A DNA stretch of 64,000 nt, taken from positions 76,677 to 140,676 of the forward strand of contig JADJHP010000003.1 of NCBI GenBank assembly GCA_016707525.1. The letters are read 5' to 3'. Below the pieces are notes generated by a model that worked only from the letters and a program-made list of their open reading frames with translations, did no database searches and had not been told where the DNA came from. Source of the DNA: Ignavibacteriota bacterium. GTDB lineage: Bacteria > Bacteroidota > Ignavibacteria > UBA10030 > UBA6906. Shown in pieces: positions 1-8,982 of the stretch; positions within the stretch are counted from its first letter, which is position 1; each line of letters opens with the position of its first letter. The position numbers and the translations under genes were made by a program.

Positions 1-164
1 AGTCCGGCTTTGCTGAGCCGCTGGAGAACCTTCGCGAGGAGGTCGTAAGGAATGCCGTAGCGGTCGGAGATCTCCTTCGCGGTCACAAGGTCACCCCCCG
101 ACCGCGCAGCGATATCGCGGATGGCGATGAGCCCATATTCTACTCGTTTTGAGAGTCTGACCAT
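1..164 (-). CDS. Rrf2-family (IscR/NsrR-like) transcriptional regulator, 5' part only; gene runs off the left edge of the window
   Basis: Minus-strand ATG at 164-162 opens a frame reading MVRLSKRVEYGLIAIRDIAARSGGDLVTAKEISDRYGIPYDLLAKVLQRLSKAG, the winged-helix N-terminus typical of Rrf2 regulators. Absent from the ORF track because no stop lies in the window. Confidence 0.7.
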   Translation of the reverse strand, partial: MVRLSKRVEYGLIAIRDIAARSGGDLVTAKEISDRYGIPYDLLAKVLQRLSKAG

Positions 165-201
165 GTTCGATATACGACCAATACAGTCCGAGTTACCTGC
201 C

Positions 202-223
202 GAAAAAATGCGCCTTCAGGCGC
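202..223 (-). terminator. Candidate intrinsic terminator downstream of the dienelactone hydrolase gene
   Basis: Minus strand reads GCGCC-TGAA-GGCGC followed by ATTTTTTCGG. The stem is short (5 bp). Confidence 0.4.
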
Positions 224-337
224 TGTACCATAATAACAGCGGAACGGGCATATTCGTTCCGAAACCATCAAAAGATAATGGTTTTCATCGTATTTTTCAA
301 TACCCCATCGACGGGGCGGTGGCCCGGGGGGCCCCCA

Positions 338-357
338 GGGCGGTGCATGCACCGCCC
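338..357. repeat. 20-nt perfect palindrome GGGCGGTGCATGCACCGCCC (REP-like element, copy 1)
   Basis: Read directly; self-complementary. Lies 11 nt downstream of the hydrolase stop. A half-copy GGGGCGGTG sits at 313-321. Confidence 0.9.
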
Positions 358-367
358 CCAATCCTGC

Positions 368-1144
368 CTATTTGAAGGTCTCGGTAAAGAGCGCCTTCAT
401 ACGATCGAACGAACGGGCATCGGCAGAAGCATTGTAAGCGGCTCCTTTGGAAGGATCGTCGCCGGCACCCTTTTGACTGAACGCGTGAACCGCCCCCCCG
501 TATGCTGTGAATTCCCAATCCACATGGGCGTCACGCATTTCCTTCTGAAACGCCTCCACCGCCGGGCCCGGAACGTACGGATCGTCGGCACCGTGCAAAA
601 CCAGAACCCTCCCCTTGATCTGTTTCGCATCGTCGGGGTTCGGGGTATCGAGGTTCCCGTGGAAGCTGATCACGCCACGCACCTGAGCGCCGCTGCGGGC
701 AAGTTCAAGGACAGTGCCGCCGCCAAAGCAGTACCCGATCGCCGCAACCCTCTGCGCATCCACTCTCTTGTTCGCTGTGAGCTGATCAAGTGCCGCCTGT
801 GCCCGGGCACGCAAGAGCGGACGATCGCCCCGGTAGATGCCTGCCTGCTTTGAAGCCTCCTGCACATTCACCGGCCGGACGCCCTGCCCATAGATGTCGG
901 CCACGAACGCGACATAGCCCATCTCCGCAACCTGCCGCGCACGCATCTGCACGTACTCGCCGACACCCATCCAGTCGTGCACCAAAACCACACCGGGGCG
1001 CGGCCCCTTCAGCGCAGGGTCATAGGCAATGAACCCCTCAAGGACGGTATCGCCGTGTTTGTAGGTCACCTTCTCCATTTTCACTTCACTGAAGGAAGGC
1101 ACGGCAATGAGGACTGCGAGCAGGGCGAGAATGAAGCTCTTCAT
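368..1144 (-). CDS. Secreted dienelactone hydrolase family protein
   Basis: ORF 368..1252 trimmed to the internal ATG at 1144 (MKSFILALLAVLIAVPSFS signal-like N-terminus). Contains VLVHDWMG, GYCFGG nucleophile-elbow and HGADD motifs typical of DLH alpha/beta hydrolases. Confidence 0.85.
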   Translation of the reverse strand: MKSFILALLAVLIAVPSFSEVKMEKVTYKHGDTVLEGFIAYDPALKGPRPGVVLVHDWMGVGEYVQMRARQVAEMGYVAFVADIYGQGVRPVNVQEASKQAGIYRGDRPLLRARAQAALDQLTANKRVDAQRVAAIGYCFGGGTVLELARSGAQVRGVISFHGNLDTPNPDDAKQIKGRVLVLHGADDPYVPGPAVEAFQKEMRDAHVDWEFTAYGGAVHAFSQKGAGDDPSKGAAYNASADARSFDRMKALFTETFK

Positions 1145-1166
1145 AGGAACTCCCGGTTGGTGTGTG

Positions 1167-1187
1167 GGGCACGATGCATGCACCGCC
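1167..1187. repeat. Degenerate copy of the GGGCGGTGCATGCACCGCCC palindrome
   Basis: GGGGCACGATGCATGCACCGCC shares the right arm and centre with the 338..357 element. Another decayed copy (GGGGCG..N16..CGCCCCTACAA) lies at about 1234..1270. Confidence 0.5.
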
Positions 1188-1304
1188 ATTAGAACCGCGT
1201 GGGACGGACAGAGGTTCCCGCGAGACCTAAACGCGCGGGGGCGATCCCACAAGCAGGACCGCCCCTACAAGATCTGGCCACGGCATCATCGGATACCTGT
1301 GTAC

Positions 1305-1430
1305 GGGCGGTGCATGCACCGCCCTACAAACCTCGATCGGCGTACCGGGATCCGCAGCCCCTGAGGGCGGTGCACCGCCCCTACACAACCCCTCCACGAT
1401 CGGCGTGACCCGGGATCCGGGAACCTGCCC
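1305..1430. repeat. Two tandem ~60-nt units, each starting with the GC-rich palindrome (GGGCGGTGCA[TG]CACCGCCC) followed by (C)TACA(C)AACC..CGATCGGCGT(G)ACC(C)GGGATCCG
   Basis: Unit A at 1305..1364 and unit B at 1365..~1430 align by eye with a few indels. Unit B overlaps the last ~16 codons and the stop codon of hemL. Confidence 0.85.
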
Positions 1431-2748
1431 CCCAGATCCCCACGACAGAACCTCTTTCGCCGCGTCCGACCGTTCCGACGTCCTCACCGCTGCGGTCGAT
1501 GTCCGCGTCCGAATGCGCGATGGACATGAACCCGGCCTCGAACTGCGACGGCGCAAGGTTGATCCCCCGCTCAAGCATCCCGCGGAAGAACGCGCCGAAC
1601 TTCGCACGGTCTGCGACCGCGGCCGTGGTGTAGTCCGTCACCGGCCCCTTCGTAAAGAATGTGGTGAACATCGCGCCGACACGGTTCTGTACGAGCGGAT
1701 ATCTCCCATCGTCAAGGACCTTCTGCATGCCGCTGGCGAGGCGTGCGGACTTCGCCTCGAGCCGCGTATAGAATGCCGCATCTTCCTGGATGATCGAGAG
1801 CGTCTCGAACCCTGCAGCCATCGCCAGCGGGTTGCCTGACAACGTGCCGGCCTGATACATGGGTCCGGCCGGAGCCACCATCGACATGATATCCTTTCGC
1901 CCGCCGTACGCACCCACCGGCAATCCTCCGCCGATGATCTTGCCGAGCGTCGTCAGGTCGGGTGTGATCGCATACAGCTCTTGAGCCCCGCCGCGGGCGA
2001 CACGGAAGCCCGTCATCACTTCATCGAAAATGAGCAGGATCCCTTCCTTCGTGCAGATCGTCCTGAGGCCCTCGAGGAACCCTGGCTGCGGGGGGACGCA
2101 TCCCATGTTCCCCACGACGGGCTCGACGATGATGGCCGCTACCGCGCCGCGGTTCGCATCCACCAGTGCCTGCACGGACGGCAGACTATTATATGCTGCC
2201 GTGAGGGTGCCATTGGCAACGCCCGCCGGCACACCGGGGCTGTCCGGCACCCCCAGCGTCATTGCGCCGGAGCCTGCCTTGATCAGGAACGCATCGCCGT
2301 GGCCATGATAACACCCTTCGAACTTGATGATCTTCTCCCGACCGGTGAACGCGCGGGCAAGCCGGATCGCGCTCATTGTCGCTTCCGTGCCGGAATTCAC
2401 CATGCGCACCATCTCGATCGACGGTACGATGCTGATGATGAGTTCCGCCATGCGGATCTCCAGCTCGGTGGGTGCGCCGTAGCTGGTCCCCTCCAGGGCG
2501 GCCTTCCGCACCGCATCGATCACGCGGGGGTGGGCATGGCCGAGGATCATGGGCCCCCAGGAGCCGACATAGTCGATGTACTCGTTCCCATCCACATCGG
2601 TGATGCGTGAACCGGCAGCCTTCGCAATGAAGAGCGGGTTGCGGCCCACCGATGCGAATGCGCGCACGGGGGAATTGACGCCACCGGGGATCACCATCTT
2701 CGCCCGGCCGAACAGCGCGTCGGAGGTCTTCGTGGTCATGGAGGTCAT
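1381..2748 (-). CDS. hemL: Glutamate-1-semialdehyde 2,1-aminomutase
   Basis: 455 aa. Has [12 protein letters not shown], class-III aminotransferase body and the [11 protein letters not shown] region. The C-terminal ~35 aa are atypical (Gly/Arg-rich) and partly repeat-encoded. Confidence 0.93.
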   Translation of the reverse strand: MTSMTTKTSDALFGRAKMVIPGGVNSPVRAFASVGRNPLFIAKAAGSRITDVDGNEYIDYVGSWGPMILGHAHPRVIDAVRKAALEGTSYGAPTELEIRMAELIISIVPSIEMVRMVNSGTEATMSAIRLARAFTGREKIIKFEGCYHGHGDAFLIKAGSGAMTLGVPDSPGVPAGVANGTLTAAYNSLPSVQALVDANRGAVAAIIVEPVVGNMGCVPPQPGFLEGLRTICTKEGILLIFDEVMTGFRVARGGAQELYAITPDLTTLGKIIGGGLPVGAYGGRKDIMSMVAPAGPMYQAGTLSGNPLAMAAGFETLSIIQEDAAFYTRLEAKSARLASGMQKVLDDGRYPLVQNRVGAMFTTFFTKGPVTDYTTAAVADRAKFGAFFRGMLERGINLAPSQFEAGFMSIAHSDADIDRSGEDVGTVGRGERGSVVGIWGAGSRIPGHADRGGVV

Positions 2749-3737
2749 CTCTTTTTCAGGATCGTCGCTGCTTCTTTTGCAAAGTACGTCAGGATCATGT
2801 CGGCACCCGCGCGCTTGATGCTCGTGAGTACCTCCATCATCACCCGTTCGCCATCCACCCAGCCCTTCGCGGCCGCGGCCTTGATGAGCGAATACTCACC
2901 GCTGACGTTGTATGCCGCAGTGGGCATATGGAATTCATCCTTCACGCGGCGGATGATGTCGAGATAGGACAGCGCGGGCTTCACCATGACGATATCCGCA
3001 CCCTCGCGGATATCCTGCGCCACCTCCCGCAGAGCTTCGTCGGCATTGGCGGGGTCCATCTGATGCGACCGCCGGTCGCCGAACTGTGGCGTGCTCTCTG
3101 CCGCTTCGCGGAACGGGCCGTAGAAGCCCGAGGCATACTTTGCCGCATACGACATGATCGGAAGGTTCGTATACCCGTTGGCATCCAGGACGCGGCGGAT
3201 GGCACCGACCCGGCCATCGAACATGTCCGACGGCGCGACCATATCGGCCCCTGCCTGCGCATGGGTGAGCGCTTCCTTCGTCAGGAGCTCCACCGAGGCG
3301 TCGTTCACGATCTCATCGCCCTTCACGATGCCGCAGTGGCCATGCGATGTGTACTCGCACATGCACACATCCGTGATGAGGTACAGTTCCGGGACCTCCT
3401 TCTTGACAGCGCGGAGGGCAGTCTGCACGATCCCGTGTTCGTCATACGCACCGCTCCCGACCTCGTCTTTCTTCGGCGGGATGCCGAAGAAGATGACGGC
3501 AGGGATACCCAGGGCGTGCACATCGACACATTCGCGCACGATCTCATCCACGGACATCTGATAGACGCCGGGCATGGACGAGATCTCCTTCTTCACTTTC
3601 GTCCCGGGCACCGCGAAGAGCGGATAGATGAAGTCGTTCACCGACAATTCCGTTTCGCGCACCATGGCGCGGAGCACGGGACTCATGCGGGTGCGACGCA
3701 ACCGGCTGACCGGGTAGTTGCCCTCATATATCGACAT
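2745..3737 (-). CDS. hemB: Porphobilinogen synthase (delta-aminolevulinate dehydratase)
   Basis: ORF 2745..3776 trimmed to the ATG at 3737 ([17 protein letters not shown]...), which has GGAG 8 nt upstream. Typical ALAD sequence ([24 protein letters not shown]). ATGA overlap with hemL. Confidence 0.93.
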   Translation of the reverse strand: MSIYEGNYPVSRLRRTRMSPVLRAMVRETELSVNDFIYPLFAVPGTKVKKEISSMPGVYQMSVDEIVRECVDVHALGIPAVIFFGIPPKKDEVGSGAYDEHGIVQTALRAVKKEVPELYLITDVCMCEYTSHGHCGIVKGDEIVNDASVELLTKEALTHAQAGADMVAPSDMFDGRVGAIRRVLDANGYTNLPIMSYAAKYASGFYGPFREAAESTPQFGDRRSHQMDPANADEALREVAQDIREGADIVMVKPALSYLDIIRRVKDEFHMPTAAYNVSGEYSLIKAAAAKGWVDGERVMMEVLTSIKRAGADMILTYFAKEAATILKKR

Positions 3738-3790
3738 GATCGGTCTCCATAAACTCGTTTGAAGTTCCCATGACAATGCAATGCAGATAT

Positions 3791-3814
3791 CAGATATCTG
3801 AATTCAGATATCTG
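3791..3814. repeat. 24-nt perfect AT-rich palindrome CAGATATCTGAATTCAGATATCTG in the hemY-hemB spacer
   Basis: Read directly. An extra CAGATAT half-site lies at 3784..3790. It sits between the hemY stop (3817) and the hemB start (3737). Confidence 0.85.
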
Positions 3815-3816
3815 AA

Positions 3817-5199
3817 TCAGCTTCTCACGATCCTCTCGGCAACATCCCGCCCGTTCCGCACACAATCCCCTACCGCAATGCCGCCACGGTAGTTCGCGCA
3901 CACCACGAGTCCGGGGTGCGAGGCTTCCAGCGCGTCCACCATCGTCATGATCTTCCCGTGACCCAGATTGTACTGGGGGATCGCACGGTCCCACCGGATG
4001 ACCCGGGCATACGCCGGCTCGCCCTGCACTGCCATGATCGAGGCCAGTTCCGAGCGCACCATCGCGAGGATCTCCGCATCCGTCTGCGCGAGGAGTTCGG
4101 GCTGGCGCGACCCTCCCACAAAGGTCGTCAGTGCACAATGCCCCTCCGGCGCCCGGCCGGGGAACAGAGCCGAGGACCAGATCGTCCCGAGGATATTCCG
4201 CTTCTCGACCGCGGGGATGAGGTACCCGAACCCATCCAGCGGGCGCCCGCACTGGCCGGTGCGGTATCCGAGATACACTTCCGCCACGGGGGGATAATAG
4301 ATCCCCCGGAGTGCACGCGCGAGGTCCGCTGCATGCGGCTGGAGCAATCCTGCTGCCGTGTACGACGGCACCGCGAGCACGACATCCGAGGCCTCCAGGC
4401 GCGAGGCCCTTCCACCCAAGGTATAGTCGATCGAAAAGCCCTGCCCCTTCCCCTGCGCAGACGGCTGCACGCCGATCGCGGTGACGGTGCAGTTGCATTG
4501 CACCGCCATGCCGAGACGATCCGCAATGGCTTCCGGGAACTGCTGCATGCCCCGCACGAACGAGAACATCCGTGCGCGGTCTTTCGCGACCTCTGCGCGC
4601 TTCTTGCGCTCGCGCGCACCGCCGATCATGCCACGGATCAACCCGCCATACTTCTCTTCCAGTGCGTAGAGCTTCGGGAAGGCGCTCCGGACGCTCAACT
4701 CTTCGGGGTTACCGGCATACACCCCGGCTACGAAGGGATTGATCGCATAGTCCAGGAATTCCCGGCCCAGGCGGCGTTCCACGAACTCGGCGATGGTCTC
4801 CTCACGGGCAGCGCGACCCACAAACGGTTCTTTCAGGAGCCGCAGTTTCCCGGGAACGGTCCACAGGCGCGACCTCAGAAAAGCCGGCGGGGACATGGGC
4901 AGAGCATGCAGCTGCCCGTTGCGGAGGATGTATCGGTTGTTGGATGCATCGTCCGCATACAGCCGGTCGCGCGTGAGTCCGAGGATCCCGAACATCTCGC
5001 CGAAGACCGGAGTGGTCTCCAGCGCGCTATTCGGCCCGGTCTCGACCATCCAGCCGCCGTCCTGCATCGTACGCATGGTCCCGCCCGCAACGCTCTCGCG
5101 TTCCAGGACGGTGACAGGCACACCGTTCTCTTTCAGCCAGAAGGCTGCGGTGAGTCCGGAGATCCCCCCGCCGATGACGACAACATGTTTCGTGCTCAT
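3817..5199 (-). CDS. hemY: FAD-dependent protoporphyrinogen/coproporphyrinogen III oxidase (HemY type)
   Basis: 460 aa with N-terminal VVVIGGGISGLTAA dinucleotide-binding motif. HemY-like throughout. Confidence 0.9.
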   Translation of the reverse strand: MSTKHVVVIGGGISGLTAAFWLKENGVPVTVLERESVAGGTMRTMQDGGWMVETGPNSALETTPVFGEMFGILGLTRDRLYADDASNNRYILRNGQLHALPMSPPAFLRSRLWTVPGKLRLLKEPFVGRAAREETIAEFVERRLGREFLDYAINPFVAGVYAGNPEELSVRSAFPKLYALEEKYGGLIRGMIGGARERKKRAEVAKDRARMFSFVRGMQQFPEAIADRLGMAVQCNCTVTAIGVQPSAQGKGQGFSIDYTLGGRASRLEASDVVLAVPSYTAAGLLQPHAADLARALRGIYYPPVAEVYLGYRTGQCGRPLDGFGYLIPAVEKRNILGTIWSSALFPGRAPEGHCALTTFVGGSRQPELLAQTDAEILAMVRSELASIMAVQGEPAYARVIRWDRAIPQYNLGHGKIMTMVDALEASHPGLVVCANYRGGIAVGDCVRNGRDVAERIVRS

Positions 5200-6161
5200 G
5201 TGAGTTGCGCCTGTGCCAGTTCGGCCAGCGCACCGATGAATGATGGATTGGTATTGAGTGCCGGCATCATGTCATAGTATTGGATCCCGCGCGACCGCGC
5301 ATGACGCCGCACTTCGATGTTGATCTCCCACAGCGTTTCGCTGTGGTCGGACACGAACGCCACCGGTACAACGATCACGTGCGTGGCGCCTTCGTCCGCC
5401 AGCCGGTCCAACGTCTGCAGCAGCGAGGGCTCCAGCCATTTCTGCGGGCCCACCTTGCTCTGATAGCAGAGGTGATGGGGGATGCCGAACTTCCCTTCCC
5501 GGACCACCGCTTCATAGGTCCGCACCACCTGTCCCTGATACGGATCCCCCTCCCGTACAAGTTTCATCGGTGTGCCGTGTGCGCTGAACACGATGTGGAC
5601 ATTCTTCCGGTCCGCCTCCGGGACGCGCCGGAGAGCGATCCCGATATTGTTCACCAGCGCCCGGATCAGGAGCGGATGTTCGCAGTACTCCTCGACCACC
5701 GAGACCTCTGGCGCATATCCCACGCGGGCGCAGATCCGGTTCCACTCGTTGACGGCAGAGCCCGTCGTGCTCTTCGAAAAGTGGGGGTAGAGCGGCAGGA
5801 GCACCACGCGTTCGATCCCATCCTTCATGAGGCGTGCAATGGCTTCATCGGTCATAGGATGCCAGTACCGCATCGCGACATACACCGGCATCCCGGTACG
5901 GGCAGCAAGCGCATTGGCCTGACGCTGGGTCAGCCGGAGGATCGGCGATCGTCCGCCGATGTTCCGGTAGTACTCCTGCACTTTCGGGGCACGCTTGCCA
6001 GAGATCAATCGTGCGAGAGGCTTTCGGAACAGGAACGCGAGGGGCAGATCGATGATGTCCGGATCGCAAAAGAGGTTATACAGGAACGGCTCGACGGCCC
6101 CGAGGGCATCGGGTCCGCCGAGCTGAAGGAGAACGATGGCGGTGCGGGTGGACGGGGTCAT
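5196..6161 (-). CDS. hemH: Ferrochelatase
   Basis: 321 aa with LLQLGGP, FSAHGTP and VSDHSETL motifs. 4-nt overlap with hemY. Confidence 0.93.
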   Translation of the reverse strand: MTPSTRTAIVLLQLGGPDALGAVEPFLYNLFCDPDIIDLPLAFLFRKPLARLISGKRAPKVQEYYRNIGGRSPILRLTQRQANALAARTGMPVYVAMRYWHPMTDEAIARLMKDGIERVVLLPLYPHFSKSTTGSAVNEWNRICARVGYAPEVSVVEEYCEHPLLIRALVNNIGIALRRVPEADRKNVHIVFSAHGTPMKLVREGDPYQGQVVRTYEAVVREGKFGIPHHLCYQSKVGPQKWLEPSLLQTLDRLADEGATHVIVVPVAFVSDHSETLWEINIEVRRHARSRGIQYYDMMPALNTNPSFIGALAELAQAQLT

Positions 6162-6164
6162 GCT

Positions 6165-7220
6165 TCAACCCCGCCGGTGGAAGGCCGGGCTCAATTCCTG
6201 GACGGCGCGCACCATCGCGCGGGCGTGGTCCGGAGGAACATCCGGCAGGATGCCATGGCCCAGGTTGAAGATGTGTCCGGGCCCATCGCCGTACTTCTTG
6301 AGGATCGATCCGACCTCGTGGCGTATCCGTTCGGGCGCGGCGTACAGGTACGCCGGGTCCAGGTTCCCCTGCAGCGCGACACGGTCACCGACGAGCTCAC
6401 GCGCCTCACCGATATCGACCGTCCAATCGACGCCGACGACATCAGCCCCGATGGTCGAAAGTTCCTTCAGCGTCCCATGGATCCCCTTCGAGAAGACGAT
6501 CACCGGAACGCCGCCGCGGTGCATCCGGGCAACGATGTCTGCGATCCATTCGAGCGAGAACTTCCTGAAATGGTCAGGAGCGAGGATGCCGCCCCATGTA
6601 TCGAAGATCTGTACCGCGTCGACCCCTGCCGCGATCTGTGCTTCGAGGTAGTTGCGCACGGAGACCGAGAGCTTCTCCAGCAACGCCATGAGTGTCGCGG
6701 GCTCATCCAGCATCATCTTCTTGATCACGCTGAAGTTCTTCGTCCCGCCACCTTCGACCATATATGCAGCCAGTGTCCAGGGTGCCCCCGAGAACCCGAT
6801 CAGCGGCACGCGCCCCTGGAGTTGCCGCTTGACGAGCGACGCCGCATCGGTGACGTACCGGAGGTCCCTGTCGGGATCGACCACCGGCAACGCATCCACC
6901 TGGCCGGCCGAACGGATGGGCATCGGGAAGCGTGGGCCGCGGGCCTCTTCCATGACCAGGTGCATGCCCATCGCTTCCGGGATCACGAGGATATCGGAAA
7001 AGAGGATCGCGGCATCGACACCGATGAGGTCCACGGGCTGGATGGTCACTTCGGCCGCCAGTTCCGGTGTCCGCACCATCGTGAGGAAATCCGACTTCGC
7101 TCGCACGGCACGGTACTGGGGCAGGTAGCGCCCGGCCTGGCGCATCATCCAGACCGGCGTTCGTTCAACATGCTGGCGCCTGCATGCGCGGAGGAAAAGA
7201 TCGTTCTGTAGAGTAGCCAT
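6165..7220 (-). CDS. hemE: Uroporphyrinogen decarboxylase
   Basis: 351 aa with PVWMMRQAGRYLPQYR signature and FDTWGG. Confidence 0.95.
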   Translation of the reverse strand: MATLQNDLFLRACRRQHVERTPVWMMRQAGRYLPQYRAVRAKSDFLTMVRTPELAAEVTIQPVDLIGVDAAILFSDILVIPEAMGMHLVMEEARGPRFPMPIRSAGQVDALPVVDPDRDLRYVTDAASLVKRQLQGRVPLIGFSGAPWTLAAYMVEGGGTKNFSVIKKMMLDEPATLMALLEKLSVSVRNYLEAQIAAGVDAVQIFDTWGGILAPDHFRKFSLEWIADIVARMHRGGVPVIVFSKGIHGTLKELSTIGADVVGVDWTVDIGEARELVGDRVALQGNLDPAYLYAAPERIRHEVGSILKKYGDGPGHIFNLGHGILPDVPPDHARAMVRAVQELSPAFHRRG

Positions 7221-7253
7221 ATGTTCCCGTTATTCACAAGGGCACAGCGTTTT

Positions 7254-8051
7254 TTACCTGCCGGCGGCGGTGGCAACGTATGCCACGAGCGCCTCGACCA
7301 GTCCCTCATCGCTCGGCGTCGCGGCGATACCGTGCACAGGCACACCGCAACGGGCCGCCGCCGCACCGGTGGTCGACCCTATCACCGCCACCACACAGCC
7401 GTGCAGGAAGTGTTCGAGCTCCCCGGCGGCAAAGATCCCGCAACATTCCTCCACGGCAGAAGGACTCGCGAAGAGGAGCGCCTTGGGGGTCGCCGGGCGG
7501 AGAACCTCGCGCAAGGCCGACGCAGTGGCCGCATCGGGACCCGCCGTACGATACACGACGACGGGTACGATCTCCGCTCCTGCCGCTGCGAGGGCATCGG
7601 CGATCTCTTCCCGTCCGCGGTCGCCCCGCGGAAGCAGGAAGCGTTTCCCGCGGATATCCATGGATCCGAGCAATGCTCCGAGTGCGGCACCGGTGGCGGC
7701 GGCGGGGACCGCACGGGCGGTGATCCCGTAGTCGTTCAGAGCATCGGCGGTCTTCGGGCCGACGGCAAACGCCCCGACATTCCGCCACGCGTTGGCGGGT
7801 ATGCCCAGCGCCTTCGCTCTCCGAAAAAATGCATGGACGGCATTCGTGCTGGCGAACACCATACCGTGATACCCGGTCCGATGCAGCAGTGCTTCATCAC
7901 ACGCCACGAAGCTCCCGGGCGGAAGGATACGGATCATCGGCAGAAGCACAGGGATCCCGCCGGCACTGCTGACCGCTTCCGCGGTCCGTGCGCCCTGGCC
8001 TTCCGGGCGCGTGATGATGACCCTCAGGCCATCAAGGGTTGTTCGCTTCAT
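7254..8051 (-). CDS. hemD: Uroporphyrinogen-III synthase
   Basis: ORF 7254..8267 trimmed to the ATG at 8051 (MKRTTLDGLRVIITRPEGQG...), which gives a 20-nt overlap with hemC. HEM4-like two-lobe sequence. Confidence 0.8.
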   Translation of the reverse strand: MKRTTLDGLRVIITRPEGQGARTAEAVSSAGGIPVLLPMIRILPPGSFVACDEALLHRTGYHGMVFASTNAVHAFFRRAKALGIPANAWRNVGAFAVGPKTADALNDYGITARAVPAAATGAALGALLGSMDIRGKRFLLPRGDRGREEIADALAAAGAEIVPVVVYRTAGPDAATASALREVLRPATPKALLFASPSAVEECCGIFAAGELEHFLHGCVVAVIGSTTGAAAARCGVPVHGIAATPSDEGLVEALVAYVATAAGR

Positions 8052-8982
8052 GCCGGATCGCTTCCAGGATAGCGCGGGCACCGAGGGCCAGCAGATCATC
8101 CGCGAGCGAGCGCCCGAGGGCATCCGCTTCTGACGGTGCTGCGTGTTGAGACCCCCGCACCACCTGTTTCCCGTCGAGCGAGCCGACCATCGCGTCCATG
8201 ATGAGCTCGCCCTTTTCGATCCGGGCATAGGTGCCGATGGGGACCTGGCAGCCACCTTCGAGTGCACGGAGCAACGCCCGCTCCGCGGTCGTCGCCTGGC
8301 TGGTCACTTCATGATGCAGACATTTCACTACTTTCCGGATCTTCCGGTCTTTGGACCGGACCTCGATCCCGAGCGCCCCCTGCCCTACGGCAGGCAGCAT
8401 CACGTGCGGATCGAGCGTCTCCCCGATCCGGTCCGCCCACCCCAACCGCACCACACCAGCGCGGGCGAGGATCATGCCGCCCCAGGTGGAGCCGGTGAGT
8501 TTTTGATACCGTGTATTCAGATTGCCACGGAGATCGATGACCGAGAGGTCCGGGCGCCGATGCAGGAGCTGTGATGTGCGGCGCAGGCTGCCCGTCGCGA
8601 TCACGGCACCGGCCGGCTGGCCCGTCAGCGTCCGTTCTTTGGCATTCGGGCGCGGAAGGAACACGTCGCGCACATCCTCGCGCTCGGTGACCGCGGCGAG
8701 CACCAGCCCATCGGGCAGGTGTGTGGGCAGGTCCTTCAGGCTGTGCACCGCGAGATCGATGGCACCATCGAGGAGGGCACGTTCGATCTCCCGCGTGAAG
8801 AGGCCCTTGTCGCCGATGCGCGACAGGGGTGCGTCCAGGATCCGGTCGCCGGTCGTCTTGATGATGACGATCTCGACGCTGGTGGACGGGAATGTCTGCG
8901 TGAGGCGGTCGCGTACCCAGTGGGCTTGCCAGAGCGCCAGGGCGCTCCCGCGGCTGCCGATGCGGATGATGTCAGTCGCCAT
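8032..8982 (-). CDS. hemC: Hydroxymethylbilane synthase (porphobilinogen deaminase)
   Basis: 316 aa with IRIGSRGSALALWQA, GNLNTR and AERALLRALEGGCQVPIG. Confidence 0.95.
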   Translation of the reverse strand: MATDIIRIGSRGSALALWQAHWVRDRLTQTFPSTSVEIVIIKTTGDRILDAPLSRIGDKGLFTREIERALLDGAIDLAVHSLKDLPTHLPDGLVLAAVTEREDVRDVFLPRPNAKERTLTGQPAGAVIATGSLRRTSQLLHRRPDLSVIDLRGNLNTRYQKLTGSTWGGMILARAGVVRLGWADRIGETLDPHVMLPAVGQGALGIEVRSKDRKIRKVVKCLHHEVTSQATTAERALLRALEGGCQVPIGTYARIEKGELIMDAMVGSLDGKQVVRGSQHAAPSEADALGRSLADDLLALGARAILEAIRHEANNP

